64,000 nucleotides of DNA from an uncultured Eubacteriales bacterium (GCA_900549485.1 UROG01000002.1:17475-81474), one strand, 5' to 3'; shown: positions 48,123-58,243, counted from the stretch's first letter. A program made the numbers and translations. Notes: generated by a model not told the origin, from the sequence alone.

Positions 48123-51100
48123 ATGGCAACCAGAACAATTTCCACCCGCGTTGCGGTAGAGGGTGAAAGTCAGTACCGTGCCGCGATAACCGGGATAAAC
48201 GCTGAACTTCGCAATATGCAATCTGCTCTCAAAATGACAGAGAGCCAGTATAAAAATAATGCGACTTCAACAGAGGCGCTTACGGCCAAGGGCAAGGCAC
48301 TCAACGACTTGCTCGTAAGCCAGAAAAGCAAAGTATCCGCGCTTGAAGCTGGATTAAAAAATGCGCAAGAGGCTGAGCGCCAGTATGCCCAGCGAAAAGC
48401 GGAACTCAGTAAAAAGATAGAGGATAATGTCAAGGCCCTTGATGAACTGAAAAAGAAGTCTGGGGATACAAGCGCTGAAGAGAAAAAGCTGACCGAGGAG
48501 AATGAACGGCTCAACGCAGAACTCAGGAAGAATGAGGATTACCTAACTGCCGCAAAAAAGGCCGTTAACAACTGGCAGACAGATTTGAATAAGGCCAGGA
48601 CTGCCGTAAACGAGACCGAAGACGCCATACGTCAGAATTCGGCGGCGCTGGATAACAACAAGAGCAAAGTGCAGGGAAACACCGATGCTATCAACGGGCT
48701 TGCCCAGGCGTTGGCCGCATCGGGGTTGAAGCAATCCATACGTGAAATAGTGGAGGCATTGACGGAGTGTGTCGATGCCTCCGTTGAATTTGAGTCGGCA
48801 ATGGCCGGCGTCGCAAAAACAACGGACCTCACCGACAAAGAATTATCCACAATGGGAGGTCAGATAAAAGAGCTCTCAACTGATATTCCGATAACCGCAA
48901 AAGAACTGGCGGGCATAGTCGAGACCGCTGGACAGCTCGGCATAGAAAAAGAGAATCTTGTGTCATTTGCAACCGTCATGGCAGATCTCGGAGTTGCAAC
49001 AAATCTCACATCAGAGGAAGCAGCAACAATGCTTGCCAGATTTGCGAATGTGACAGGGATGGCACCGGAGCTGTATGAGAATCTGGGTTCTGTTATCGTA
49101 GATTTGGGAAACTCGTTTGCAACAACCGAATCCGAAATCGTAAATATGGGTCAGCGTCTCGCTGCTGCGGGTAAGCTGGCAGGGCTGACAGAGCCTGAAA
49201 TAATGGCTCTCGCAACAGCGATGTCCTCTGTTGGCATAGAAGCCGAGGCGGGCGGTACAGCAATGACGCAGACATTGACTGCGATTGAAAAAGCCGTGGC
49301 CGAGGGCGGCGATAGCCTTGCAAAGTTCGCGGATGTTTCCGGAATGTCGGCGGAGCAATTCGCCGCAGTGTGGCAGAATGAACCCATTACTGCAATTCAG
49401 GCGTTTATAGAGGGCCTTGGAAAGCTTGACGAAAAAGGCGAAAGCGCAACACTCGTGCTTGACGAGATGGGGCTTTCCGGCATTCGTCAGAGTAATATGC
49501 TGAAATCTCTTGCCACGGCATCAGGGCTGCTTTCCAATGCGGTAGACACGGCCAATACTGCATGGGCTGAGAACACCGCACTGATGAAAGAAGCATCCAC
49601 TCGATATGCGACCACAGAAAGCAAAATCACGATGTTTGAAAACAGCGTGAATAATCTCAAAATTGCCATAGGCGACCAGCTCACGCCCGCGATTGCTGAC
49701 CTTGCAACCAAGGGTACGGATATCGTCAAGTGGGCAACAGATTTCGTTCAAGCCAATGACTGGCTCGTTCCAACGATAACCGCTCTCACGGCAGGACTAA
49801 CTTCTTTCACTACAGTTTTAGCTTCATATATGGCAATTACTAAAGTGGTTATTCCTATCATAAAAGCATTCAATGCCGTCCTTATGGGGAATCCAGCGCT
49901 TGCGGTCGCCACGGCGGTAATCACGCTTGTATCGGCTATTGCAGCACTCGCGGCAGCTACACCGTCCGCTACAAAAGAGGCTGACGCTCTGAATGACACT
50001 CTTGACGATTGCAATAAAGCGTTTGAAGATGCGCGTAAGAATTTCACCGAAACCTCAGAAGAAATCGAAGCGACATCTATCGTAATCGCTAAACACATAG
50101 ACCGGCTCGACGAACTCAATTCAAAAACTGCGCTTACTAAAGAAGAGCAGGCCGAGTATAATTCCATAGTCAGCAGACTGCGTGAGCTGCTGCCAGATGT
50201 CAATATACAGATGGATGAGACTACTGGCAGACTGCAAACGACGACTGAGGAGCTGAGGCTTGGAGCTCAGGCGTGGAAAGAATATGCTCAAGAACAGGCT
50301 TTCGCTACAATAATTTCCGAACAGGAAGCCGCACTTACAGAGTTGCAGGTTGCACTCGCGAAAGCTCGCATAGAACTCACGAAATACAATGAATCTGCAA
50401 CTCAAGGCACATTAGATTTCGTCGCGGCTGCCAATGAGCAGAAAGCTGCACAGCAGGCATTGTCTGAAGCTCTTATAGAATCTAAAGGCAAGGAAACTGA
50501 GGCTGTTATTGCTGCCCGTGATGCTGAGGCTGACGCTTCTATGAAAGTAAGTGAGCTTTGGGCAAATCTCTCTGAGGAGGAAGCCAAAGCCGCTGAAGCA
50601 ATGCTCGCTTTGCAGGATAGTATTGCTGAAACAAGCGCAAAGGTCGATGAGCAGGCAAATATTCTGACTGAAACTCAGGCCATGGTAGACTCTTACAAGG
50701 AGAGTTTGACCGGTGCTGCGGAAACCTCGCAGCAGATGGCCGAGAGCATAAGCGATGCCAATGAGACGCTGAGCACGTTAGGCGATGGCGCTGGGGAGAG
50801 TATTGCGCAGGTGCCTGAGGCAACAGCTACGGCAATGGCTGAGACGAAAGCGCAGGTTGACAGCGCAAAACCTGAAATCACGGCAACGGTTACAGATATG
50901 GGCTTGCAGGCTGCTACTGGATATCAGGAGCAGCTTTCTAATATGGTTGATACGACCACACAGGTATTGTCGGATGTCAATCAGACTGTATCAGGCTATG
51001 CAAGCAGCGCATATAACGCCGGGTATGGCATAGGTGCTGCAATTTCTCAGGGAGCAGCGGTCGGCGTCAGAGCTTACGCCGCTCAGGTAGCAGCTGAAGC

Positions 51101-51518
51101 GGCGGCAATGGTGCGCAATGCTATCGCTGCCGCAAAGCAAGCTGCACAGTCAAATTCTCCGTCGAAAAAGACAATAGCCCTCGGCAATGACCTTGGCAAA
51201 GGCCTTATTATCGGTATTCGAGAGATGGAAGATGCGGTAGCTGAAGAGATGCGTGACACTATGAAAAAAATCGTGGATGTGCAGATTGAAGTACCGGAGA
51301 TCCCGGACAACACAACAGCGATACTCAAGGCCATAGGGAGTGTTCCCTCCACAGACGATAGACTTCTTGCTGAAATAGACAAGCTGGCGAATGCAAAAAA
51401 TCGTCAAATCAACATGAATCTGACGCAAAACATCTATGCGGATGACACCAGCTATGCTGGGCAACAGCGAGAGGCAAAGCGCAATTTGAGACAGATAGCA
51501 AGGGAGCTGAACAGATGA
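48123..51518 (+). CDS. tail tape measure protein
   Basis: 1131 aa, extensive coiled coil, TP901-type TMP core (GVAKTTDLTDKELSTMGGQIKELS...). Confidence 0.88.
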   Translation: MATRTISTRVAVEGESQYRAAITGINAELRNMQSALKMTESQYKNNATSTEALTAKGKALNDLLVSQKSKVSALEAGLKNAQEAERQYAQRKAELSKKIEDNVKALDELKKKSGDTSAEEKKLTEENERLNAELRKNEDYLTAAKKAVNNWQTDLNKARTAVNETEDAIRQNSAALDNNKSKVQGNTDAINGLAQALAASGLKQSIREIVEALTECVDASVEFESAMAGVAKTTDLTDKELSTMGGQIKELSTDIPITAKELAGIVETAGQLGIEKENLVSFATVMADLGVATNLTSEEAATMLARFANVTGMAPELYENLGSVIVDLGNSFATTESEIVNMGQRLAAAGKLAGLTEPEIMALATAMSSVGIEAEAGGTAMTQTLTAIEKAVAEGGDSLAKFADVSGMSAEQFAAVWQNEPITAIQAFIEGLGKLDEKGESATLVLDEMGLSGIRQSNMLKSLATASGLLSNAVDTANTAWAENTALMKEASTRYATTESKITMFENSVNNLKIAIGDQLTPAIADLATKGTDIVKWATDFVQANDWLVPTITALTAGLTSFTTVLASYMAITKVVIPIIKAFNAVLMGNPALAVATAVITLVSAIAALAAATPSATKEADALNDTLDDCNKAFEDARKNFTETSEEIEATSIVIAKHIDRLDELNSKTALTKEEQAEYNSIVSRLRELLPDVNIQMDETTGRLQTTTEELRLGAQAWKEYAQEQAFATIISEQEAALTELQVALAKARIELTKYNESATQGTLDFVAAANEQKAAQQALSEALIESKGKETEAVIAARDAEADASMKVSELWANLSEEEAKAAEAMLALQDSIAETSAKVDEQANILTETQAMVDSYKESLTGAAETSQQMAESISDANETLSTLGDGAGESIAQVPEATATAMAETKAQVDSAKPEITATVTDMGLQAATGYQEQLSNMVDTTTQVLSDVNQTVSGYASSAYNAGYGIGAAISQGAAVGVRAYAAQVAAEAAAMVRNAIAAAKQAAQSNSPSKKTIALGNDLGKGLIIGIREMEDAVAEEMRDTMKKIVDVQIEVPEIPDNTTAILKAIGSVPSTDDRLLAEIDKLANAKNRQINMNLTQNIYADDTSYAGQQREAKRNLRQIARELNR

Positions 51519-52429
51519 GGAGCAAATACATTGAAAAGCTTACATTTACCAACGAAAATGGCTCAACGATAGAGTTTTCCGTTAATTCTGTTTTCCATTG
51601 CAATATCTCAAAAGATGTATCCGGGCTGTCCGATGTCGAGAACGAGATATATTCCACATCAGGCATAAATCAGGCCGGGGCCACATATCTGGGGTATCAT
51701 ATTGCAAGTCGTGACATTGAAATAGTCGGACACATAAATGAGCTTGATAAAGCCATCGTGCGTGAATACCGGCACCAGCTCAATCATGCGCTGAACCCTA
51801 CATATTCTGCTGTTCTGGTGTATCAGCATGACAGCTTTACGCGGCAGATAAAGTGCAAGGTCAATTCTGCGCCACACTTTGACGCAGATGGCATTTTCCT
51901 GCGATTCACCATCAATCTATTATGTCTGAATCCATTCTGGACGGACGAAGCTGAAACGTATACGCAGATTGCGACGTGGATAGGCGGCATGATATTTGAC
52001 AGTGTGGACGGACTGCAACTGACCAACAGCGAGGATGACCCTCAATGGGAGGTGGGATATCGCCTCCCAAATCTTATCACCAATATTGAGAACACTGGCG
52101 ATGCTACTACGGGACTGACAATAACCTTTGCCGCACAGGGAGCCGTTTCAAATCCCGGTCTGATTGATGTCAAGACGCAAGAATATATTCAGGTAAATAT
52201 GGATATGCTCGCCGGCGAGGAGATAACGATTAAAACGGGATATGGCGAGAAGTCGGTCACGTTCAAGAATCAGCGCGGCGAAGAAAGCGATATTTTTCGT
52301 TATCTGGACATTCAGTCAACGTATTTGCAGCTTGCCATTGGCGACAATCCCTATCGTTACTACGCTGCGTCAGGTGAGGACAATCTCAATGTGACGATCA
52401 AACACAGCAATCTGTATCTGGGGGTGTAG
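51515..52429 (+). CDS. distal tail protein (Dit)
   Basis: 304 aa directly after the TMP (siphovirus tail family). Confidence 0.7.
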   Translation: MRSKYIEKLTFTNENGSTIEFSVNSVFHCNISKDVSGLSDVENEIYSTSGINQAGATYLGYHIASRDIEIVGHINELDKAIVREYRHQLNHALNPTYSAVLVYQHDSFTRQIKCKVNSAPHFDADGIFLRFTINLLCLNPFWTDEAETYTQIATWIGGMIFDSVDGLQLTNSEDDPQWEVGYRLPNLITNIENTGDATTGLTITFAAQGAVSNPGLIDVKTQEYIQVNMDMLAGEEITIKTGYGEKSVTFKNQRGEESDIFRYLDIQSTYLQLAIGDNPYRYYAASGEDNLNVTIKHSNLYLGV

Positions 52430-53559
52430 TGATGGAGCTGTATATCTATGATGCGGAGATGAATATGCTCGGCATTGTTGAGCAGATAACGAGCCTTATA
52501 TGGACACGCAGATATTGGGATTGCGGTGAGTTCAAGCTTCTTGTACCATTTAATGATGCGCACAACCGTCTGCTGCAAGACGGGAATATCGCAATCAAGC
52601 ACGGTGACGATGAAGCGGCGGAAATTCTCTATACAAATATCAGCAAAAATCTTGAGGGCTATGAGGTTATTGAAGTACAGGGTAAATTTCTGCTGAATTG
52701 GATTTCTCGGCGCGTCATTGCAACGCCGTTCGTCAACGTTTCAGCTACGGCGCAAGTGCTTATCCGCCGCATGGTTAATGAAAACTGCATAGATACTACG
52801 CCGGAGCGAAAACTCCCGGCGTTTTCTTTGCATGAAGACGCGGTTATAAGCGGGAAGAGCATTCCCTACAATTCAGAACCTTATGCCAATGTTCAGGATG
52901 CAGCTGTGGAGTTGGCCGAAGGGTCAAAGTTAGGGATGAAGGTCATCACCGACCGTGCTGCCGGCACGCACCAGTTCTCAGTGTATAAGGGCGTTGATTG
53001 CACAGCGGACAACACCGCAGGTAATCCACCGTGTATCTTTTCTCAAGAGTACGATAATGTGCTGGAGCAGGAATATACGAAGTCTACTGAAAAGCACAAA
53101 ACCACGGCATATGTTACCGGCGAAGAGACCGAAGATAAGTCTCCTGTGCTCGTCATTGTGAACGGCGAGAATTCTGGCCTTGCCAGAAAAGAGCTATATG
53201 TATCAGCTGGGGATATCAAGCAGACATACAAAGACGACAATGACAAGGAGATCACGCTGACTGATGCCGAGTACGAATCGGCTTTGGCCGCACGCGGCGG
53301 AGAAAAGCTGGAGCAGTATCCGATATCTCAGGCATTTTCGTCTGAAATAAACGTTGGGGCAAACCTCATTTATCGGAAGGACTTTGACCTCGGCGATAGA
53401 GTGACGTGCGTGAATAAGACGTGGAACGTGCGCATTGACGCAAGGATTACAGAAATCTCAGAAATATACGAGGTTGACGGTGAGGGCTTAGAGATCACTT
53501 TCGGAGAGTCAATTCCGAGCATCTATAAACAAATAAAATCTATGGCAACAGGAGGTTAA
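52429..53559 (+). CDS. tail-associated protein (Tal-like)
   Basis: 376 aa after Dit. Confidence 0.55.
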   Translation: MMELYIYDAEMNMLGIVEQITSLIWTRRYWDCGEFKLLVPFNDAHNRLLQDGNIAIKHGDDEAAEILYTNISKNLEGYEVIEVQGKFLLNWISRRVIATPFVNVSATAQVLIRRMVNENCIDTTPERKLPAFSLHEDAVISGKSIPYNSEPYANVQDAAVELAEGSKLGMKVITDRAAGTHQFSVYKGVDCTADNTAGNPPCIFSQEYDNVLEQEYTKSTEKHKTTAYVTGEETEDKSPVLVIVNGENSGLARKELYVSAGDIKQTYKDDNDKEITLTDAEYESALAARGGEKLEQYPISQAFSSEINVGANLIYRKDFDLGDRVTCVNKTWNVRIDARITEISEIYEVDGEGLEITFGESIPSIYKQIKSMATGG

Positions 53560-53561
53560 TC

Positions 53562-54914
53562 ATGGCGGAAAGAGGTAGCTTTTTCAACTCCGTGTCAGGC
53601 GACCGCAAATACTCCGCTGAGGACTGGGCGGCATACTTTGCATCGTTTGTGTCCAATGGGGTGTATGCAAATCCGAGCAATGGATTGCAGGTAGTTATTG
53701 CAACTGGCATGGGCATAACGATTAAAGCTGGAGCAGGTTTTATCAACGGATATTTTTACCGCAACACCACGGACCTTGGCAAAACGCTCTCTGTCGCGGA
53801 TGGCGTTTACAACCGAATAGATAGAATCGTTCTTCGGTGGAGCTTGCTCAACCGAAAGTTGTCTGTTGAGGTGCTGGAGGGCGTGCCTGCAACGACGCCG
53901 ACCGCAACGGCTCTTACGAGAGACGCAGAAATATATGAAATCGCACTTGCGGATGTTTACATCGGCAGAGGTGTAACCGCCATTTTGCAGTCTAATATTA
54001 CTGACCGCAGATTCGACAGTAGCCTTTGCGGAATTGTCACCGGCATAATAGACCAGTTCGATTTTTCATCTCTCTGCACTCAGTTTGACGCGTTCTTTGC
54101 CGAATATAAGGTACGCATTGCGAACGAATACGACTATTTTCAGTCGCTTGGTCAGGCTCGATATGACTCGTTCGACCAAGCTATGGATACATTCGAGGCT
54201 TCTGCACAGAGCAATTTCAACGACTGGTTTGCAAACCTTCAGTATGTTCTCGACGGCGATGTTGCCGGACACCTGCAAAATGAGATAGACGCAATGGAGG
54301 CTGTTGTCAACACAGCAGTTGCCGAGCTTGAACAGTCTATGCAGGAAACCATTGAAGAAGTGCGCCTTACTGGCTTCTCAACATATACTCACGCAAAGGA
54401 AGGTACGGTACACTCTCTTACACTGGCAGGCGGTGGGAGCAATGTGAAATTCGTTGCAACGGCCGCATACGCGAAAAACGACACATTCAAGGTGAACGGC
54501 GGTTCTGTGACGGTGCGGCTGCCGAACGGCAAAGCTCCCGGAAACAATTTCTTCGTGACTGGGGCTGTTGTTATCGGCTTCCTGTCTGGTACCGATTTCT
54601 TCTTGGTCGGCGGTGGAGGCGGCGGGTCCGGTGAACAGTATCTTGCAACTCTCACGGTGGCGAATTGGTATCAGCAAACGCCAGACACATCGGAAGAGTT
54701 CTGGTATGCCTACGACATCGCACCAAGCGACTTTGACAGTAATGAGCAAGATGTAGTTGTGTCTGCTGCCAACGCTGATACATACGACTGGTTTGCGAAG
54801 AACGCCTTTTATGAACTTGCCATAAAGAATACTGGATTTTCAATACAGGCAAAAGAGAAACCGACAAAGTCATTGCAGATATTCTATGAATTAAAAGCAA
54901 GGGGTGAAAGCTGA
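53562..54914 (+). CDS. tail fibre / receptor-binding region protein
   Basis: 450 aa. Glycine-rich stretch LVGGGGGGSG. Confidence 0.45.
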   Translation: MAERGSFFNSVSGDRKYSAEDWAAYFASFVSNGVYANPSNGLQVVIATGMGITIKAGAGFINGYFYRNTTDLGKTLSVADGVYNRIDRIVLRWSLLNRKLSVEVLEGVPATTPTATALTRDAEIYEIALADVYIGRGVTAILQSNITDRRFDSSLCGIVTGIIDQFDFSSLCTQFDAFFAEYKVRIANEYDYFQSLGQARYDSFDQAMDTFEASAQSNFNDWFANLQYVLDGDVAGHLQNEIDAMEAVVNTAVAELEQSMQETIEEVRLTGFSTYTHAKEGTVHSLTLAGGGSNVKFVATAAYAKNDTFKVNGGSVTVRLPNGKAPGNNFFVTGAVVIGFLSGTDFFLVGGGGGGSGEQYLATLTVANWYQQTPDTSEEFWYAYDIAPSDFDSNEQDVVVSAANADTYDWFAKNAFYELAIKNTGFSIQAKEKPTKSLQIFYELKARGES

Positions 54915-56035
54915 TGAGCGGAATTCTTTTAGGCGCACGTCCTGAAATACAAAAACCGAAAACAGCGAGATCTTACGGCGTGCTGTGGTCAGGTGGACCG
55001 AGCACGCAGTTTTCTCGTTTGGGTGACGCGGTAGGGTTTACTGACCCTGTGCCGGGTGTCGGAGCAACGGTCGGCTCATCGCCGTTTGATGATATCTGGC
55101 CGTGGAGCGGCATGAAAGAATTCAACGTTATCAACGATGCAATCGCCTATGAAAAGGGCGTAGATTCTGCATTCAGCCGTTCTGCATTTGATACCGTGGT
55201 AAGGGTGCCGAAATTCTGGTATAAGATTGCGGCAACAGGGGCAGAGTGGCAGTTGCATATTGCAAACGGCCCTATGACCGGGTACACGCTGCATCCCGCT
55301 TTTGAGGGAAAGGATGCTATCTACGTCGGCAAGTATCTTGCGGGCAATAGCTATGTATCGAAATCGGCAGTAAAACCGGTCGTGAGCATCACACGAGCTA
55401 CGTTACGAAGCAATGCCAGAAACAAGGGCGCACATTGGGATATGATGAACATTGCTGCATGGTCGGCAGTGGTTATGTTATATCTCGTGGAATATGCGGA
55501 TTGGGACTCTCAGGCCGTTGTTGGTAAGGGCTATACAAGCGGTTCAGCCGCTATAAGCTGCGGCGGAACTGATAGCATGGCATACCACACAGGCCGCCCG
55601 GCAGGAACGGACGGGCAAACATCTATCCAGTACCGCGGTATTGAAGACCTCTGGGGCAATGTCTGGCAGTGGATCGACGGTATCAATTTTAGCGGAACAC
55701 AGGCTTATTATTGTCTCGACCGTTCTAATTTCGGCGATGACAAATCCGCTGGATACTCGCAGTTGAGCTATGCCTGTTGCAGCGGCAATGGAGATTATCC
55801 AAAGACACAGGGCATTGATGCAAATGCGCCGTGGCTTTTCTTGCCCACCTCGACAGGCGGCAGCAATGCAACATATATCCCGGATGGATGGTGGACATCC
55901 TCCGGATGGAGGGTCTTCAAAGTTGGCGGTCGATATGACAATGGTCTTGCCGCTGGCTTGCTTGCGCGGGCTGCGGGCAGTGCTTCGTCGGACGCGTACG
56001 CGAGCAATGGCGGCCGGCTCCTTTATATCCCCTGA
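54914..56035 (+). CDS. DGR target protein (tail fibre with C-terminal variable region, probable C-type-lectin-like fold)
   Basis: The C-terminal 36 codons (VR, 55912..56019) match the downstream TR except at adenines. Confidence 0.8.
   Translation: MSGILLGARPEIQKPKTARSYGVLWSGGPSTQFSRLGDAVGFTDPVPGVGATVGSSPFDDIWPWSGMKEFNVINDAIAYEKGVDSAFSRSAFDTVVRVPKFWYKIAATGAEWQLHIANGPMTGYTLHPAFEGKDAIYVGKYLAGNSYVSKSAVKPVVSITRATLRSNARNKGAHWDMMNIAAWSAVVMLYLVEYADWDSQAVVGKGYTSGSAAISCGGTDSMAYHTGRPAGTDGQTSIQYRGIEDLWGNVWQWIDGINFSGTQAYYCLDRSNFGDDKSAGYSQLSYACCSGNGDYPKTQGIDANAPWLFLPTSTGGSNATYIPDGWWTSSGWRVFKVGGRYDNGLAAGLLARAAGSASSDAYASNGGRLLYIP
55912..56019 (+). repeat. DGR variable repeat (VR)
   Basis: 108 nt, identical to TR at all 100 non-adenine positions. 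8 substitutions, all at TR adenines. Confidence 0.85.
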
Positions 56036-56042
56036 TAGGGGT

Positions 56043-56062
56043 CTGGGGGCCGCAGCCCCCAG
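56043..56062 (+). promoter_or_regulatory. GC-rich hairpin downstream of VR (DGR target-recognition hairpin / IMH region)
   Basis: ctgggggc-cgca-gcccccag (8-bp stem, 4-nt loop) 7 nt after the stop codon. A second hairpin gtcggcgtagccgac plus T5 follows. Confidence 0.6.
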
Positions 56063-56221
56063 GTATTATGTCGGCGTAGCCGACCGATTTTTATAAAATT
56101 GTCTTACGCATTTCGTAATTATGTATCGGAAATAGTAATAATAAAACGAAATGCTGACAGAACAGAATTCGCTTTTTATTATTCTCTGGGGCTGCGTGTG
56201 TTAGTTCTCCCCATTGTTTCT

Positions 56222-56329
56222 GGTCTTCAAAGTTGGCGGTAGATATGACAATGGTCTTGCCGCTGGCTTGCTTGCGCGGACTGCGAACAATGCTTCGTCG
56301 AACGCGAACGCGAACAATGGCGGCCGGCT
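56222..56329 (+). repeat. DGR template repeat (TR)
   Basis: 22 adenines, AAC/AAT-rich in the VR codon frame (..AAC AAT ... AAC GCG AAC GCG AAC AAT..). Confidence 0.85.
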
Positions 56330-56459
56330 GCTTGTTTCAGACCTCTGCTCCATTGCACACGCACGCTCCATGCCGCTTGGCAAAAATATTGCCGCAAGGA
56401 CAGGGCTTAGTAGGTTTCTCTCGAAAGGCCTTGAGGCAAACAAGGAGGGCATTTCTCAA

Positions 56460-57581
56460 ATGCCTAAGAGAGTCGGATTCCTATATGAAAAGATGTGCAA
56501 CAAGGATTTGATCCGCATTGCCATCATCAACAGCTCACGTCACAAAAGACACAGGCATGATGTCCAGAAAGTAATTCGCAACATGGACAAGTATGTTGAT
56601 AAAACATACGACCTTCTCCTTGCTGAAGCTTTCAGACCATCAATGCCGAAAAAGAAAATACGATATGACACAGCAAGCCGCAAGGAACGGGAAATCAGTG
56701 TTGTACCGTACTGGCCGGATGGGGTTATTCATCAGCTCATGGTTCTTGTGCTCAAAGACACACTCATGAAAGGTATGTATGCATGGACCTGTGCGGCCAT
56801 CCCCGGACGTGGAGGCTCACGAGCCGAGAAGTATGTGCAGCGTTCTATAAGGCAGGATGTCAAAGGAACGAAATATATTTTGAAGCTCGACATCAAGAAG
56901 TTTTACCCAAGCATAAACCACGCGAAAGTTATGGCTGCTCTTTCACGAAAAGTGAAAGATAAACGATTTCTCGGCATGGTCTCAGCCATCCTTGATACCA
57001 GTGACGCCGGACTGCCGATAGGCTTTTATATCTGCCAGTGGCTTGCAAACTTTTATCTTGAGCCGCTGGATAGATATATCTGTTCTCTCGACGGGTGCAA
57101 TCATTACGTCAGGTACATGGATGATATTGTTGTTATGGGCAGGAACAAGAAGAAGCTCCATAAAATCCGCAAACTTATAGATGCGTATTTGCGTGAAGAA
57201 ATGCTGCTGACTGTAAAAGACAATTGGCAGGTGTTTCCGCTCAAGTCAAGGCCGCTGGATTTCGTTGGGGTGAAACAGTATAGGAAATATCGCACAATAC
57301 GCAAAAGAACATTTCTTCGGTTTATCCGACAGTGCCGACGCGCAATCAAACGCAAGGCCAAAGGATGGGGCATACCGCCGAGAATGGCATCGGCTCTTAT
57401 TTCAAGAGCGGGGCTGCTCAAAGGCGTTAATTGCTATAAGGCAAGGCAAAAATACTACACTCCAATTGGAGAAAAACTATTAAAGGATGTGATACGGAAT
57501 GAAAGTAAGAGGCGGAACAAAGCCAGTTACAGCATTCACTTTGGAGGCAATCCCCAAAAAGCTGGGCAAGTCTATGGTTAG
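56460..57581 (+). CDS. DGR reverse transcriptase
   Basis: RT motifs LKLDIKKFYPSI, GLPIGFYICQWLANFYL (DGR-type ..Q motif 4), YVRYMDDIVVMG (YxDD). N-terminus MPKRVGFLYEKMC like other DGR RTs. AAGGAGGG RBS. The upstream in-frame ORF (from 56214) runs through TR. Confidence 0.85.
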   Translation: MPKRVGFLYEKMCNKDLIRIAIINSSRHKRHRHDVQKVIRNMDKYVDKTYDLLLAEAFRPSMPKKKIRYDTASRKEREISVVPYWPDGVIHQLMVLVLKDTLMKGMYAWTCAAIPGRGGSRAEKYVQRSIRQDVKGTKYILKLDIKKFYPSINHAKVMAALSRKVKDKRFLGMVSAILDTSDAGLPIGFYICQWLANFYLEPLDRYICSLDGCNHYVRYMDDIVVMGRNKKKLHKIRKLIDAYLREEMLLTVKDNWQVFPLKSRPLDFVGVKQYRKYRTIRKRTFLRFIRQCRRAIKRKAKGWGIPPRMASALISRAGLLKGVNCYKARQKYYTPIGEKLLKDVIRNESKRRNKASYSIHFGGNPQKAGQVYG

Positions 57582-57840
57582 ATTCTTCCAGAACATCAAG
57601 GCATTTTCTGAGGAGAAAGACGGCGTCAAAACTGTCGGCTGGGAGTGGGATGAATATCATCTTGAGATGAATTCATACGGAGGCCTCGCCGAGGACGTCG
57701 CCGCCAACCTCGCGCAGCTTTTGGCTCAGGCGAAAGCAATCGAGGATGAGAAGAATATCATCCCCGACCTTCAGTCAAGCCAGTCTCAAATGCGCTCGGA
57801 TATTGAGTATCTTTCTATGATGACGGAGGTGGATCTGTAA
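57499..57840 (+). CDS. hypothetical protein
   Basis: 113 aa acidic ORF overlapping the RT 3' end. The start is uncertain. Confidence 0.3.
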   Translation: MKVRGGTKPVTAFTLEAIPKKLGKSMVRFFQNIKAFSEEKDGVKTVGWEWDEYHLEMNSYGGLAEDVAANLAQLLAQAKAIEDEKNIIPDLQSSQSQMRSDIEYLSMMTEVDL

Positions 57841-58001
57841 TGGCTGATACTGCTCATTCTCCCAAGTATGCTACGGTAAAGAAATATTATGACGCGGGGC
57901 TGTGGCCTGTGAATCGCGTTTACAACGCGGTTGGCAGATGGATAACGGCCGATGAGTATAGGGAGATCACCGGCATCCCTTATGCTGCGGCTGAGGAATA
58001 A
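57840..58001 (+). CDS. XkdX-family phage protein
   Basis: 53 aa. YYDAGLW...WITADEYREITG matches the XkdX family signature (W..ITxEEYxxITG). Confidence 0.55.
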   Translation: MADTAHSPKYATVKKYYDAGLWPVNRVYNAVGRWITADEYREITGIPYAAAEE

Positions 58002-58012
58002 CAGGAGGCTAA

Positions 58013-58189
58013 ATGAACAATCTGCAACTCATAGAGGGGTTGTGCAATCAGATTGAAATTCAGAACGAAATAATAAAGCATCTTGCAACGCGCCTTGCCG
58101 AAATTTCTGCTTTGACAGAGGAAGAGCAGAGAGAAATCAACGTTGCACACAATGCATATAAAAATCTGATTGGCGATACCCTTATCTAA
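58013..58189 (+). CDS. small coiled-coil hypothetical protein
   Basis: GGAGG RBS. 58 aa. Confidence 0.3.
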   Translation: MNNLQLIEGLCNQIEIQNEIIKHLATRLAEISALTEEEQREINVAHNAYKNLIGDTLI

Positions 58190-58243
58190 GCTGTCTCGAA
58201 AGAGGCGGCTTTTTTGTTGCAGATTTTCGGGAGGAACTTAGTT

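Noticed and set aside
56214-56459. N-terminal 82 codons of the ORF-track RT ORF (MFLVFKVGGRYDNG...)
   Set aside because: This stretch is the template repeat read in an open frame, not protein-coding RT sequence. The RT starts at MPKRVGFLYE (56460), which has its own RBS.
57499-57840. Avd (DGR accessory variability determinant) candidate after the RT
   Set aside because: The protein is strongly acidic and overlaps the RT end, whereas Avd proteins are small and basic. It is kept as hypothetical.
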